NCBI GenBank assembly: GCA_037379345.1
Contig: CM074516.1
Coordinates: 21,514,001 to 21,578,000 of the forward strand
Direction: 5' to 3'
Source: Perna viridis
Taxonomy: Eukaryota
DNA: 64,000 nt
Shown: positions 1 to 15,800 of the stretch, in pieces
How positions within the stretch are numbered: position 1 is the first letter of the stretch
Layout: each line of letters opens with the position of its first letter
Program-made: the position numbers and the translations under genes
Notes under the pieces: generated by a model
The model's input: the letters and a program-made list of their open reading frames with translations, nothing else
What the model was told of the DNA's origin: nothing
The model's database searches: none

Positions 1-658
1 AAGCCTTATAATAGAAGATATTTGATATAAATTAAGTTTTTATTGTGGCAAAATCAGAATTCTCTCCCTTTGAAAAAAAAGAAGATAGTGCATTCCACTG
101 AATTTCCCCCCACCACTATGAGAAAGGTCAGAAAAAATGTCAATACTCTGAAGCATTCTTCACAACATATTAAAATATCAAATATTTTGACCAAATCACC
201 CCTACATGATTCTTAGAAGGACTGCTACTTAAATGATTATTTCCCTAAAATGGTTATCTATTCAAATTTTAAGGTTAACAACATAGTGAAACATGATGTG
301 CTCTATAGCTTTTTGCTAAATCTAAAACTACAAATTCACCAGTTAATTTTGACACAAGAACTCAAAAAGGAAAAATACTGAATTTTTTGTGTCAGGGGAC
401 AACTATTTGATTCTTAGGCGGATAGATAAATTATTTTGTCTGCCACCCCCCCCCACCCAAAATAAAAACCAAACAAAAAACATCAAGTCCAGAGTCTTAA
501 TTAAGTAAGAAAACAATTAACCCTGTCCTAAACTTGTTGAAAACATATTTTCATACCTGCAAATATTTGAAAATAATATTTTAACAAACAAAAAAACCAC
601 AAAAAAATGTAATTCAGTACCAGAATCAAATGGTCATCCTCCTGACAGATTATCTTAC

Positions 659-859
659 CCTTTAGATGAAGCTTCTATACCAACTTGTTCATAGAACTCT
701 CCCTCCTCTCCTTCTTCAGACTCCTGGTCTAATCTACCTAGTCCAACATTTGCCAAACCATCTGTACAGATAATGACCTTTGACCCAGGGTGTTGGGCAG
801 CCATTGTTGTTGCTATTAATAGAGTAGGTCCCAGTGCTGTTGCTCCACCTTCCTCCAGA
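659..859 (-). CDS. ZnF-VWA gene coding exon 8 (LEEGGATALGP...ICTDGLANVG...ASSK)
   Basis: AG at 860-861, GTAAG donor at 658; phase 2-2. Confidence 0.9.
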
Positions 860-3800
860 CTGTTATAAAATAATTCAGAATGATGATGCAATGAAAATTG
901 TCAAAAGAGAAACACAGAATAAAATGCTTTGCAGGGCCTAGCTTGATACAAACCTGAACAGTTGGGGCAAGTATGGACACACCATTCAAACTCGATGCAG
1001 TTTGAATTTTGATTATGATTAGATATTTGACACAGGATTAGAATTTATTTGACAATAAAAAAATAAACTGTAAACAATATTTTTTGTATGCATTCACTGA
1101 ATATTTTTCCTTTTATAATATAAATGCATGGTTGAAAATCATTCTTTTATCACAAGTGTGATTTTGAAAAAGACATTGGTTAATTGTGTTCAAAGTTCAT
1201 GGATGCCAATAAACAAGAACACTACAAAAATCAATCTTTTTCTTCCTTTTATTGTATGACACCTTGCAGTATAATTTCTAGGAGATTTTAAATTATTGAC
1301 ATCAGGAAAATGCTTATTTCTGGACACTTGGGCCCTTGTTCTTAAAAAGTTCATGTCACAACCCTTAAAACTAATCCTGGCCTTCCTTTTGTGGTGTGCC
1401 ACCTATTGGTACAATTTAAAAAAGATCCCATTAATTTTACTACAGACATTGTTCAGACTTAAAAATGCTTGGTTTCTGGTCCTTTTTAGGCCCCTTATTC
1501 CTTAACAATTCAAGTCACAACCCCTAAATTCATCCTAAACTTTCTTTTTGTAGAATGACACATTGTGGTAAAATTATAAACAGATGCAATCATATTTACT
1601 CAAGTTACTGTCCATATATAGAATGGAAATGCTTTTTTCAAGCCCTTTTTTTGCCCCTCATTCCAAAAACAGTACATGTCATAACCCCCAAAATCTATAT
1701 AAGTCTTCCTTTGGTGGTATGGCACCTTGAGGAATAATATCAAACAGATAAATTCACTTCAGGTCAAGTTATTGTCCAGATATCAGGAAAATGATTGTTC
1801 TTGCTCTCTTTTTAGCCCTAATTCCTAAATGGTTCAAGTCACAACCTCAAAAATCAATCACAGTGTTCTTTTTGTGGTGTGAAACCATGTCATATAATTC
1901 AAAAGACTTCTATTAACATTTACTCAAGTTATTGTCAGGGTATCATGAAAATGCCTGTTTCTGGCCCCTTTTGTCCATTAAACAATTCAAGTTACTACCA
2001 CAAAAACGAATCCCAGGTTTGTTTTTGAGGTAAGTCACCTTGTGGTATAATTTCATAACAATCTATTTAATTTAACTATTATAGTCAAGTTAATGAACGC
2101 ATGTGGAAGTGCCTATGGATGACAGCAACAGCATGAAACCATTATACAACAGGAAATTTTTTTGCGGTCGTATAAAAAAAATGAAATGGCAAATGGAAAG
2201 ACAAGATGATTCCAATATATCACCCATTCAATGAGTGAGGGTAAAAAAAAACAGGCAAATCTCATTCTGTCACTCAAATAACTTACTTAAAAACTTGATC
2301 TCCAAGATATCTTCTGGTTTCTTTAACAGCTACAGGCATTTTCAAATCTTTACCTATTTTTACAAGTTCTTCTTTGTCTGTTAATTTATTTCCTGCAACA
2401 GTAACTGGAGTTTCTTTACCATCTCCAATGACTGTTACCTATAAATAAGAGTATTAAGATTACTTATCAAAGAACAGTTTAAGGTCAAGGTTCTTGCAGT
2501 AAGGCGTTCGTCCGTAGAACTTTAAAAAAATTTTCCTTAATTAGATCTTGCAATTTGACATCAACCTCTAAATTTTCAGCATAGGTTACCAGGGTTTTAA
2601 AGGAGAAATAGGACTTTCGTTTCCACAAATAAATAACATAAAAACATACAGGAATCACTAGAAATCTAGTCATTATTTACCATGTAATGTTTTGTTATTA
2701 TACAGAACAAAACCCCATTTAGGTTCAAATGCAGATGGTTAGGTCCATTTTATAGGTATTTCTAATATATCAAACTTAATTCTATGTTATTTACGCCAAT
2801 AAACAAACTCAATAAACAACTTTTACTGCAAACTTAATATGCTGATTAATTAGGATTAATTTGGATTGTACATTTGCATTAACAATGATCCCATAAAAAA
2901 TAGTTGACCTCTAATCTGTTATCGGTGCCTGTTTATTCTTATGCAATCAGTCGTTCACTGTCAATATATTCTAGTTGCCTATTTATTTTTAGACGCCTAA
3001 TATAGATAGAAATGAACACCCTGCGAGAATATAAATAGTCAGAATGCTGAAGTTGCCTTCTGATATTTCATGCAGGTCCTCCTGAATCCAAATATATTTG
3101 CAAAAAGGGGGCAGTGGATCCGATCAAGAAACTTATGTAAGGAAAGGGGTTCCATGCTATCATTTGCCAATCATTTTTTTTGCTAAATGTTTTACAAAAA
3201 ACATAGCATGATCCCTGAAACTATCACTCACTGAATCGTGTATTTTTATTACGGTATCTGCCTCATGACATCAGAAGACCGGAGATGACAAATAAAAAAA
3301 AAATTTGCTTAAATGATAGCATAGGAATTTCAATAATGCATGGTGTTAGTATGTGGTCTGGTGATACTGCCTTTTGTTATAATCCTTCTATTGGGCTATT
3401 TTGGCCACATGTGAAGAGCTGCAGGTGCTCCAGGGCCTTAAAAGTGCATGGCTAGAGTTGTCTGCACCATACATAATTGTTAAAATGGTATTCTAAGACT
3501 TTGGCGTATATGTTAATGTATGTGTGTCTATGCAATAACTTGTAGCACTTGAGCTATAAAGCTGATCAACTGTGAAGGAGGGACATATATCTAAGGGCAT
3601 GATTTATTTCGATAATTGTGGTTGCTCAAGTTTGAATGATTTGACAGACAGTTTTGACCTAGAGGTAAAAAAACTGAAATTTAACTCGAAAATATTTAGA
3701 AACCGGGAAAGGCCAACTAGTAGTTTGTAATTCAGTTACGCAGTATGTCTTATAGTTTTGTTTTCATTCATCTAGGTGTGCCATGTAAACCGACATCGAA

Positions 3801-6800
3801 CCTGAATATTATGCAAGCTGGCATACTGCTACAATGTGTTATGAAATTGGTGTGTACTTTTTGTAATGTCCTTTGTAATTAGAATGCAATTTGACAATTA
3901 TTTGATGAGTGAAAATTCAAATAATCGATATACATTTATAAATTGATTCAGTACATGAGTACTTTGATTACATATGCAAAAACCAACAATGATATTTCAA
4001 AGAAATATGTAAAATAATCATTGTTATCAAACCTAATTATTCAATATTTAAAATATATGTATGATAATTTTCCTGGAGTAGCCTAATGACAGTACAGTGG
4101 ACTGTGGACCTTAAGTAAGTCGGAAATCTGTATAATAAATCAGACAACTTCTGGAGAACCTAAAGTGTAAGTGTTCGTAAGAATCTGGCAAAACAGGAAA
4201 AATCAGAAACATGCATGTCAAAACCCCACTGATCTGACAATAAATCATCATTCAATGATGCTTCCTCTATTTGAAAAGACCATTATTTGATCTCTGTATC
4301 ATTGGATTTGCTCAGAAATTTTTCAATAGATTTTAGAAATATGAGGTTTTTTACAGACTCATCTGCCCTTGGAATGTTCATTTTCAGTGCATTTAAATGA
4401 AATTGTAACTCAATGATCCAGCATGATATGGAAAATTTTGTCTGTTTTCCTTGATTCTGATAGTGCAAATAGTCAAATTACACTATCAAAATGATGGTTT
4501 TTTATACTATGTTTCACCTACTGCCTAATTCTTACAGGGAATGACACTAAAATATCTAAATATATTTTGAGCCTATACTCACCAAGTGCCTGTCTTATGA
4601 ACATATATTTCATTTGGATGAGAATTTATGTTTAGACAAATTTCATTGTACATACAACACCTACTCTCTTTAGGTATATACCTCATTGTTAAAAGCAATC
4701 AGTGCCACTCTTCTGTTTGGATGTTCTTTGAGCATCTCCTCAAGCTGATGGTCTACGGCAGCCTGAGCAGCTTGTAAACGTGAAACATATGTGACATCTC
4801 GACGTTGACGAGGGAGATATTGATCCCTTTGGTCCTCTCTTGTTCTTTGGATTCGGTTAAGAGCCTGAGATCCTCTGAAGTTTATATGCCCTGGAACCTA
4901 AATGTATGATAATTAATTGATATTAAATCACAAGTCATACTTGTGTTAATGTAATGACATATATTGTAGTAATTTTTTGACATTGTAAACTTTTTGGTTT
5001 CATTTTTTTTCTCCTAGTATGTGCATTGAACTAAAATTGTTCTTTCTTCCCATTACAGTGATTTTGAACAAGTGCTAGAGTACTGTTCGTTGGAAAATAG
5101 TTGATAGATGTTATAAGTTGGAAAATCCTGTAAGGCAAAAATAAAAAAATAAAATGTTTTGCAAGGTGCAGCTTAATATGACCGCAGAGTTTCAACTCTG
5201 AACAGCTGGGGCAAGTACGGACATTCAGACTTGATACAGTTTTGAATTTTAATTTGGATTAGATAATTGACACAGGACAAGAGTTTGACCAGAATCAAAG
5301 TGACCCTCCCTCCTTTTTATGGCTCCCCAAAAATCAATTCCAGTCTTACTTTTGTGGTATGGCACTATCAATAATGTAGTAAAATCTATATGATATCCAT
5401 TCACTTTTACTCAAGTTATTGCACAGACATCAGGACATTAGGACATTAGGAAAATGCATGTTCCTGTTTTCTCATTTGGCCCAAAATTTCTAAAATGTTT
5501 AAGTCTTAACTCCTAAAACCAATACTGACAAATGTGGTAAACAATATTGTTGAACAATATTTTAGACATTCCTATGCTGTTATCTGAGTTACATAGATAT
5601 ATTCTATGATATTCTTTTTTATAAACAGCTCACGGATTTCTTTACAAAGAATGTGTGTACCTACATATACCAGGATTGTTATTTTTTTCATTACATAGGA
5701 GTAAACAAGTATGATAAATTAAGGAGGTAAACCTAGGGTAAGGGACACAACTCTTAAAAATCATTGGAACGTTTGTATTCAGCATTTTACATCAATCTCA
5801 TCTAAGCATCTAAGTAACTTGGGATTTATTTTATTCTACTTCAAATGAAAGCTTCAGAGGCTTTGGTGAAATTTAATATGATACAAAATATCACTAATTT
5901 CAAGAGTTACCTTAGCCTACCTCCTTAAGCTATTGTTTACTATAATTTGTAAAATGGAAAAAAAATATTAAAAAAAAATATAAATTATAAACTTTATTTT
6001 CAATTTAATCAGTTTGTAAATAAATTGCTTTCCATTACACAATGCAATATTCTTGCAGTGGTCAAAGAATGTATCAATATAGACCAATTATTCAAGTTTA
6101 AGGCAGAACAGAATTTAAATACACATTTCATCAAAGTTTCATGTACATTTTGAGTTATAGTCCAACACAGAAAATGATCCCATTTTTGTTTGAATAAGGC
6201 CATAAAACTACTGATACAAATTTGAACACATGTTTAAATTCAACAAGTATGGAGACATTATTCAAGCTTAATAAATACAGCTCTAAATTAGGATTGAGAT
6301 TAAATGTTTGCCACAGGATAAGAATTTGCCCAGGAATGATGTGGTCCCTTATTCCAAATGAATACAACTAACATACCCCAAAATTAATCAATGTCTTCTT
6401 CTGACTGTATAGCACTTTGCTATATAATTTCAAGGAGATCTTGAATTATTGATGGGTCATCAGGAAAATGCTTGTTTCTAGCCCCTTTTTAGACCCCTCA
6501 TTCTGAAATAGTTGAAGTCACAACCCCCCCCCCCTCAAAAAAAAAAATATCATAATCCTAGCATTCCTTTGGTGGTATGGCACCTTGTGGTACAATTTCA
6601 AAGAGATCAAATAATTTTACACAAATCATTGTCCAAACTTTAAAAAAATGCTTGGTTTGATGGCCCCTATTAGTCCCTCATAGTAACAACCCCCCAAATC
6701 CAATCCCAACTCTCTGTTTGTGAAACAACACATTAAAATTTAAAACGGGTCCATTCACATTCACTAAAATTATTGTCTTAACATAAAGAAATGCATTTTT

Positions 6801-9800
6801 TTGGTCCCTATTTGGTTCCTCATTCCAAATAATTTCATGTCACAACCCCAAAAATCTAGATAATGATGCCTTCCTTTCACGGTACCGCATCTTGTAGACA
6901 ATATCAAAGAAATTCATTCACTTAAGGTCAAGTTATTGTCCAAATATCAGGAAAAAGACAGTTCTTGGTCCTTTTTTGGTCCCTACTTCCTAAATGATAA
7001 AAGTCACAACACCTACTTCCTTTCATGGTATGGCACCTTGTGATATATAATTTCATACAGATCTATACACTTACATGTATACTCAAGTTATTTAATGCAC
7101 ATCATGAAAATGCCTGTTTCTGGTCCCTTTATGTCCCCTAATTCCTCGAGTCACAAGTCACAACCCCAAAAATCAATGCCAGACTTTTTGTTGTAGTATG
7201 CCATCTTGTGATAAAGATCTTAACAGTTATACTCAAGTTACTGATTGGACATGGAAGTGCTTAAGGATGAAGATAACAGCTTGAAACCATTATAAGAGTG
7301 CAAAATTTTGCCTATAAAAATATGTATGAAGTGTGAAGGTAAGGTGGTTGCTAAATATGGGATAAGATTTTCCTGGTTTACAGTAAGCAATTAATTTAAA
7401 ACAAAACAAAACAGTTGAAAGAACTTAATCAGATCAAAACTCCTACTTATGTTAAATTTAATAAGAATGTTAGTGTATTGTGCTTTACTCCCATAAAACA
7501 ATATGACCAAAAACACTGATACCTTATGAGTGGGAAGAGGAGAAGAGGGAGTATTTTGTTTGGCAAGTGAAAAAAATGACTATATTTAGACAAAAAGGTA
7601 TTTGAAAAATTTTAGTGAATGCTAAGTGATTCACTAATAATACTTAAGCCCAGGGTAAAATTTGCACTTAATTTATTTTGGCAGCTTCAGACAGACTGCT
7701 AAAATATACCAAAATTAGCTTTCCCATATTCCCTGCTATATACCAGTAGTGTATCTAATGTTTACCTCAGTTGTTACACACATACTGCCAGATACATCTA
7801 CACAGAAGACCACCAATGATTCATCTGTGCCAGAGGGCCCCGCAGAGCTTGTAGATAAGGCTGGTTCTAACATGAAGGTGACATCTTCATTTTTCGGGAT
7901 TTCTTCCTCCATGACATCTATCTTGTTAACTTTAGAACAAAACTCACACATCCATACCTAAAATGAGAAACAAATACTTGAAATCTATACATACATGTTT
8001 TTACATTCTATATATTCTCCTTTAGCATGTTTAGGAAGAGTTGCTTAAGGAAGCAGACTTAGGGTAAGGGACACAACTCTTGCAAATCATTGGAACATTT
8101 GTATTCACCATTTTACATCAATCTTCTGTCAGCATCAAAATAACTTGGAATGATTTCATTCTATTCCAAAGGAAAGCTAGAAAGGCTTTGGTGAAATTGA
8201 ATAGGATACAAACATATCATTGATTTTAAGAGTTATTTTCCTGACCCTAGGTCTACCTCCTTAAATGACTTCATTACTTGAGGTACTTCATAGGATATTC
8301 CCCATCTAAGGTTTCAAAATCTAAATTTATGCATGGAAAAAATATTTTAATCAATATTTAGTTTAGGAGAATTTATTTCTTAATTTAAATATGTAGAACA
8401 TAGTGTACAAACATATACAGTGGTTAAATTTGCACTTAGAAAGAGGTTGGGACTGTAAAAGCTTAAAATGGCCACAAAATAAAATGTCTCTACTTTTCTA
8501 AGTATGTGTGCATTTGGGTATCTGATAGATAAACTTAATAATATAAAATTACAAAAACTAAAATCAAGAAATGACGTCTTGCAAATGGGTATTTTTGCAA
8601 TTTACTGGTATTCAAAATTAGGTAAAATATGCATCTATCATTGTAAAAATTTGATGCCTCCACCAAAATGTGGATATACTTTATATATACTTCTTATACA
8701 CAACTATCAAAACTCTTCATGGTTAGAGAATGTGGAGTTTACTACTTTTTCAAGAAACCTACATAAATTTCGGAATTTTCTCAGAATTTCCTTATTTTAA
8801 AACTAAAAAAAAAATGTGTTTTTTTATGATGTCATAATAAGGTCACAGAATCAAATGTATGAAAACTAATTCTTACAGAAATGATGTTACTATACCACTT
8901 GTTAAAACATTTATCAGTTTCTTTTATTCACAGCAAATAAAATATTTTATTTTATTTTGGACCAATTTTGGATGTTATAGTCCCACCTCTTTATTTTCTG
9001 GCTTTGAATCTGACAAAAACTAGTCTATCATTACATTAAATTAACTTATCTTCTGAAGACTAGCACACTACATGGTAGCCAGGATCCAACCACAATATTA
9101 CACATTTATTCTTTTTGTTGCCGATCCGAGTTTGACTTAATTGTTAGAAATTGCTTACATCCTATGCAGTTTGTTAGTTCTTGGATATTGTAATTCACCT
9201 CCGGAAAGTTATGTTGATTTGAGGACATTAAAAATGCTGTGTTTGCTTTTAAAACAACTTTCAGATTTCAAGTTTTTGGGTCAATGATTTGTTTTCATCT
9301 AATTTTCTTTGATGCTTTCATTATGCCAACTTGTAACTGCCATCCGTAATTCTAGATTATATACCATATTTGGCATCAAAATATTTAAATTTTCAGTATT
9401 TCAGGGAATTGCATGTATAAATAATCATAAGTAACAAATCAAAATCACACGTGGATTTCACTATATACAAGTACTGTTTTTCTATAAGGCATACTAATTC
9501 CTTTAAATTGGTATTCCTACCATCATTTATGAGTGATATTTTATTTCTCTAGAAACATGAATATTTTATTAAAAACTGTACCTTATTTTTACCTTAATGT
9601 AATGGTAATTTTTTGTTTTGATTTGTTAAACGTGATTTTAAATTTGATCAAAGTTAAAAAGACAGAACTCCCGAAAATTGTCTTTACAGCAGAGTAATCA
9701 AGAGAACCAAGGTTCTAGCAGTAATCAACAGAATGTAATCACAAACTTCAATTACTACTGTGTTAGATTCAAACTACCTGACTAACGAGGACTTAAATAT

Positions 9801-12800
9801 TACCTGTAATTAACTAAAATGACACTTTGATTAATGATAGGCTTCCAGTTTTTCACCCCTTATATCACGCAAACTGACAAAATGGCTGACAAGTCCAAGT
9901 TATTCTCTAGGATTTGTTTAGTCAGTCCGAGTGTTCGAGAAATCGAAGTTTGCGAAATCCAAGGTTATTTATATTGATCATATAGGTATTTTGAATTGTG
10001 TCAGAGAAATCCCAGGTGTTCGAGCCATCAGAGTTCAAGCAAGTGCAGTTTAACTGTAATAATTTTCATGATCCCAAAATACTACTAAGGGGGTTTTTAA
10101 TGTCATTGACTACTCTTACGAGTCTCGCACAGATGGCATGATCTCAGAATGTATTACACATGTGTATATGCAAATCAATTTATTTCAACTAACCTGTTGC
10201 TCACCATCTTTGTTGATCTTACTGATATGAGACAGTAAAGATTTGCAATCAGCACAGTATACTGGATCCCCAGTAAACATGTGACCTGGGGTAACCAGTT
10301 TGGAGAAGTTAATGGACACCACATTGGTGTCAGCTCGTCTCTCTCTCCTTCCTTTAATAACTGGTTGTTGGGCTGGAGACTCATCTACAATATGTCATCA
10401 ATATTAAGCAAATGTCAATTAACGTGACTGAAAAAAAAGGGTTATAATGTTGATCACCAGTATTTAGAATATGTAAGTCTCGTCACAGTACTTTCACAAG
10501 AATGGTTCTTGGTCTACCATTCAAATACTCAGAAATCTTTTTTTTTTATTTACAAAGCATTGAGTTTAGTATCAATACCAAAACATTTTTTTAGTGTTTA
10601 TCAATAAAAAATAACTAATATCTTGCTTTATATATAAAAAATGTTAAGAAAAACTTAAAATAGAAGATTTTGCATTGTAATGCAGTGTTTTGAGATCCTG
10701 GAAGTAAACAATAAAATGCAAATTGGTCATTGGATTTCAATATGCTCTACATCTGAAATTCCAGAAAAGAAAATGAAACTAGAACGAGACTTACAGACCC
10801 TATTGTCATTTCACAAGTAGTATATACCAAGAAAGTTATTAATCAGATCAACTTAATCAACATTATTTCTTACCACCATAGTGAATAAATCATGATAATC
10901 CTGACAGTAAACACTAGATTAAGTGACTTTTTTCCTTATACTTTTACTCAAAAAAGGTTCTAATTTTCATTTTTTGTAGGAAAAGTCAAATCATCAAAAA
11001 CTTCCTGTTCCATCTGGAAAAAAATTAAAATATGCCACTAAGATTACTTTTTTCATGATAAAAAAAAAATTTACACCAGTGGTTCAGATTTCTTCTCAAA
11101 AATGGAAGGTCCAGGACTTTTCCAAGTTTCAAATCAATGTACCTCTTAAGAAAAATCAAAAAGTTCACACTTAGGTGTCAATGAAAAGTGTTGAAGGACC
11201 AATACCAAGGTAAATGAAATTTTAAAGGTCATAGGGTCAGAAAAAAGGGTCCCAGACCTCAAACCCCCATTTATTTGATCCCCTTAACATTTTGTAGTAT
11301 TAGCTGCTACACAGTATATGTTTGTAACTTACACATCTCATTTCTTGACTGTACATTCCTCCAATGACCTTTCTTCTTCTTTAGAGGTGCAGACATCACT
11401 TGAGGGGGAGGAGGAGGAGGTCGGGGTGCAGGTGGTACTGAATCCATAGGAGATATTGGAGGAATCATACAACTTGGAGTCACAGGGGAGTCACTGACTA
11501 TAGATGGGGGTTTAGGTGGCAGAGGTGGTCCACCTGGAAAAAGAAAATTAACAAATTAAAAGAAAAACTATACATCAAAATCGTTTGTTTAATTGCGAGA
11601 TATACTGTATTATTGTCTTTTTTTCACAGAGATTTAATATTTTCACTGTAGACATCAGAATAGGAAAATAAAAACGTGAATTATTATCCCCAAAAATTTA
11701 GGTTTATTCCTCCTCATACGTATACACGTGTGATACATTCTGGGATCATGAAAATTGCAAGCAAAATCACTCATGTTTAAGAAAAAATGAAAATGTAAAA
11801 TTTTCAACAACAAAAAAAAAAAAAACCCACTTACAATGTATACAGTACCATGTAATTTCAATTCATAAATTTTGCTTACAAGTACACTTATTACTTCTTG
11901 AGAGATAATTTTATTAATCTAAATTGTAAATATTAAGTAGCACTCCAGCTAAGAATCATGCAAAATGTGATACATGGTTGGAAAGCCTACATATTTTTAT
12001 TTTTGATATTTTGTTTGAATTGCCACAGTAAACAGAAATTAACATTTGATTTTTCATATAACCTGTGTTCTTTGATGATAAAAAATATATAGAATGCACC
12101 GTAGATTTCAAAATTAAGGGAGATAACTCTGTAAATGACACTCAAATATAATAGAATCTATTGGATTTTCAATACTGATTATCTCCTGAGAGCAGACAGA
12201 TTTGAACATTTCATAATATAAACCCATAAAACAACTTAAGCCTTTTTTGGGTTGTATCACATTTTTCAGAATGTGCATGATTCCTACAAAGACAGATATT
12301 TAATGAATTATTTGAAGTTACATGAACAGCAGATCCAGCAACTTTCCTACTTTCAAAAGACAAAATATTTAAGCTATGTTCAAATCATCATCTGTTGGAA
12401 ATGACATATTTTGATTGTTCCCTAAGAAATGGCAAGGATAAAACCTGAGTGAACCAAACCCTGAATAATTTGAAATCCTGTCTAAACCAGACACTTTTTT
12501 AAAAGTCCCTTTATGAAAATTTTGATTTATTTAGAACCTTAGTAAACCGTACATCTGTCTAAACCAAACCTGAATGGTTTAGTTCAAAAGAGGTTTCATT
12601 TAGACACTTCATCTCCAATTGATAAAAAATTTGGGGAATATCTTAATTTGAAGTGAAAGCCATTACCATTGATCGTGGAGTACCAATATTCAAGGTTTCC
12701 ATTGGTTTGAGGAACAATGAAATTTGGTTCTGAACAAAAAGGAAATGTTCCATTCATTTTTATGATGGAGGTTTTGATCCCACAAATTCAAGAATCAACC

Positions 12801-15800
12801 AACTGAAGTTTCTTCCTAAACCATGAAAATTGGTAACCATAAATAAAAGAACTTTCACAGTACCTCCTATCACGGCATCAACGACATTAGCACAATCAAT
12901 AACATTCGGATCACTTCCTGGTCCATTTCCTCTCTTAGCCAAGGCTGCTCTCTGCGTAGCAGTCAGCGATGCTTCTGGGATAGTATCTAAGTTTAACAAA
13001 TCATCTTCATCAGAGTCTGAATCACTGAAACCATTGAGACATCATGTCAGTTTCAAGCATATTTGATGCAAATTACAAATGTACAAATTTTCATGTTTAA
13101 ATACAAAAGACCAATAGCATGCCCTGACCTGCATCACTGTCCTATTTATGTCAGCAGATAAATATTTGCAACATAGGTAATAACATTAAGCAAGTTTAAT
13201 AAAATGCTCTGCAGGGTCAGCTTATTACAAGTTCTGAGGTTGAACCCTGAAAAGTTGAGGGAAGTATAGTCACACAATATATGACTGATATGTAGTAAAA
13301 TTTAATGTGATTGAACATTTGACAATGGATAAGAATTTGACCAGAATAAAAGCTGCCCCTTTTTGGGCCTGGATTCCTAATTGGTTCCAGTCAAAAATTC
13401 CAAAATCAATTCCAACCTACCTTTGGCAAAATGACAAAGAAGATGACACAGACAATGACTACAGTGCCATACCATTATACAACCATCAATTTTTAGTTTA
13501 TGTTACAAATTACTTGAAGTATGTACATATCATAGAACACGCATATACATGAACTGCGAGTAATAAGGCTAAGTTCAAGAGGTTAAAAAAATTTGTATTA
13601 AATATTTGTCATATTTTCTCCATTTTTCAATCATTCATTCATTCTTTAATTCCTCAAAATAGAGATTACATGAATTACAATTACATAATTACAAATTAAT
13701 TAAGACACAAATACGAAATATTAAATAATACTAATAATGAATTCTATTACTAATTCATATCTATATACAAGTAAAGTGAGCAAGATATGTTCCTGTACTG
13801 GTGACACTACATGCATTAGCTACAAAAATGTATTGCAACAACATAAGCATCTTAAATATTCGCCTGTTGACTTTACAATATGCATGTAGCAGAGTCGTCT
13901 GAATTCATCTATATCGGAATCACAGAGTTCAGTGAAAGTTTTTCTACCGAGGAGAATTCGCACAAGCGATTCATCATCATACTCGCTTAGTTCTACGTAC
14001 AGCTCTAGAGGAAAATGTTCAATTATAAGGTCCATCCAAACATTAAACAACTCTGAAGTACTTGTACAGTTTTGGGTAGCATGGACAAGCATATTGGTGA
14101 ATATTTGATCACTTAATTTACATGATTGTTCGATTAGGTTTGGTACAGATGAAATATATTTAGCAATAATGTGAGCGGTACGCAAATCAAAGCAGTTTGT
14201 AGGGTACTTCCTGATGTCAGCAACAGCAATGGAATTGTGGATTTCTCTGAATCAACTAAAGCCACTGTGTGAGTCTATACGTGTTTTCCAGTCATTATCA
14301 TGTTTTGTATGAACCGCATTTACCACCATGTGTTTCCATTGTAATTTACCAGAAAAGTCACTGTCTCTGATAAAGATCGCAAGGGATTTGTACAGGTTAT
14401 ATTTGATTAAGATATCTAAAACATCTGGGATAATGCCTATGCGATTTCAATCGTCTGTTAAGCATGTAAAAGTCTGTGTAGGAAGATAGTTTTCGCCAAG
14501 CAGCTATTATCCAACTTGCAAAGTTTGCCGAAGAAATAAAGTTTGCGTTTTTTGAGTTCACTTGTTATGCTGCGTAACCCAACCATACTTTTGCAAATGT
14601 CCGATCGTGTGAGTGTGTTGAACTTTTGTGCATGTTTGACAACAAAATGTTGAAATCTATTTAGAAGCACTAGCTCGGTATTCGTTAAATTGTTCCATAC
14701 TTCACAACCATATAGAACGGTGGGTATAACAACAGATCTATATAATTTTATAAGCACTGACGGATTTGTATTTTCACATCTGACATTGGCAATTGCAAAA
14801 TAAGTATTTCTACCTTTCCTACAAATGTTGTTGTCCTTGAGAGAGACTTAAATTTACCATTGAGTTCAATCCCTAAATGCACATGGCTTTCTAAAATTCG
14901 AATTTTTTCCTGGCTAACTGTCCAGTTTAAGTTTGATTTTACGAACGATTTAGAAAATTGTATCACACACAATTTCTTTCCATTGAACTGAAACCGCCAC
15001 TTATTCCCATAGTCGGTACACACATTAAGCATTCGTTGTAATGCTTTAGGTGTTGTAGCAATGCATGTAATATTGTCAGCAAGCGAAGGGGCACAACATT
15101 TTATACTATTTACACCTGTTACCTGATTAGAATTACACAGCTCATTAATTAAATCATTAATAAACACAAGGTATAAAAAACCAGATAACACACCACTTTG
15201 CCTTACACCTTCATTTACTTCAAAATACTTCGATTTGCATTGATTTACAATAACCGAACTTTGTGTATTACTATATAACATATTTATACAGGACCAAGCT
15301 TCACCTTTAACACCTGTTACAAAGTGTGACCATAAGTGCTTTGCGCCATACTGTATCAAAGTCTTTTCTACTGTCTAGGAATGCGGCAAATACTTTACTG
15401 TGTTGTTCAATGTTATTATAAATTGTTTCAAGAAGACAAAAGGACACAATCAGACAACCTAGACCTTTCTGAAACCCGTGTTGCAGTGGATTTGGAAACG
15501 TTCCTGGTATTATCATGAATGTTTGTATACAATGGAGTAGGAGTTCTAAAATGTTTTCAACACACTGGACAAGAGACAAATGGGTCGGTAACTGTCAGGG
15601 TGTGACTTAGGCTTGCCACCACCTTTAAATAACGTAACCAAAAGACCCTTTCGCCAATCAATGGGTACTTCACATTTAGATATTATGGTATTTAGAAAAA
15701 CTGTGAGGCATTCAATTAGTTTCGGTCCGCCGAAAATTAAATGTTCATTTTGAACCAAGTCATTTCCACTAGCTTTTCTATGTTTTAATTGTTTTGATAA

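Noticed and set aside
7749-13066. Plus-strand ORFs 7749-7961 and 12830-13066
   Set aside because: Antisense shadows of real minus-strand exons.
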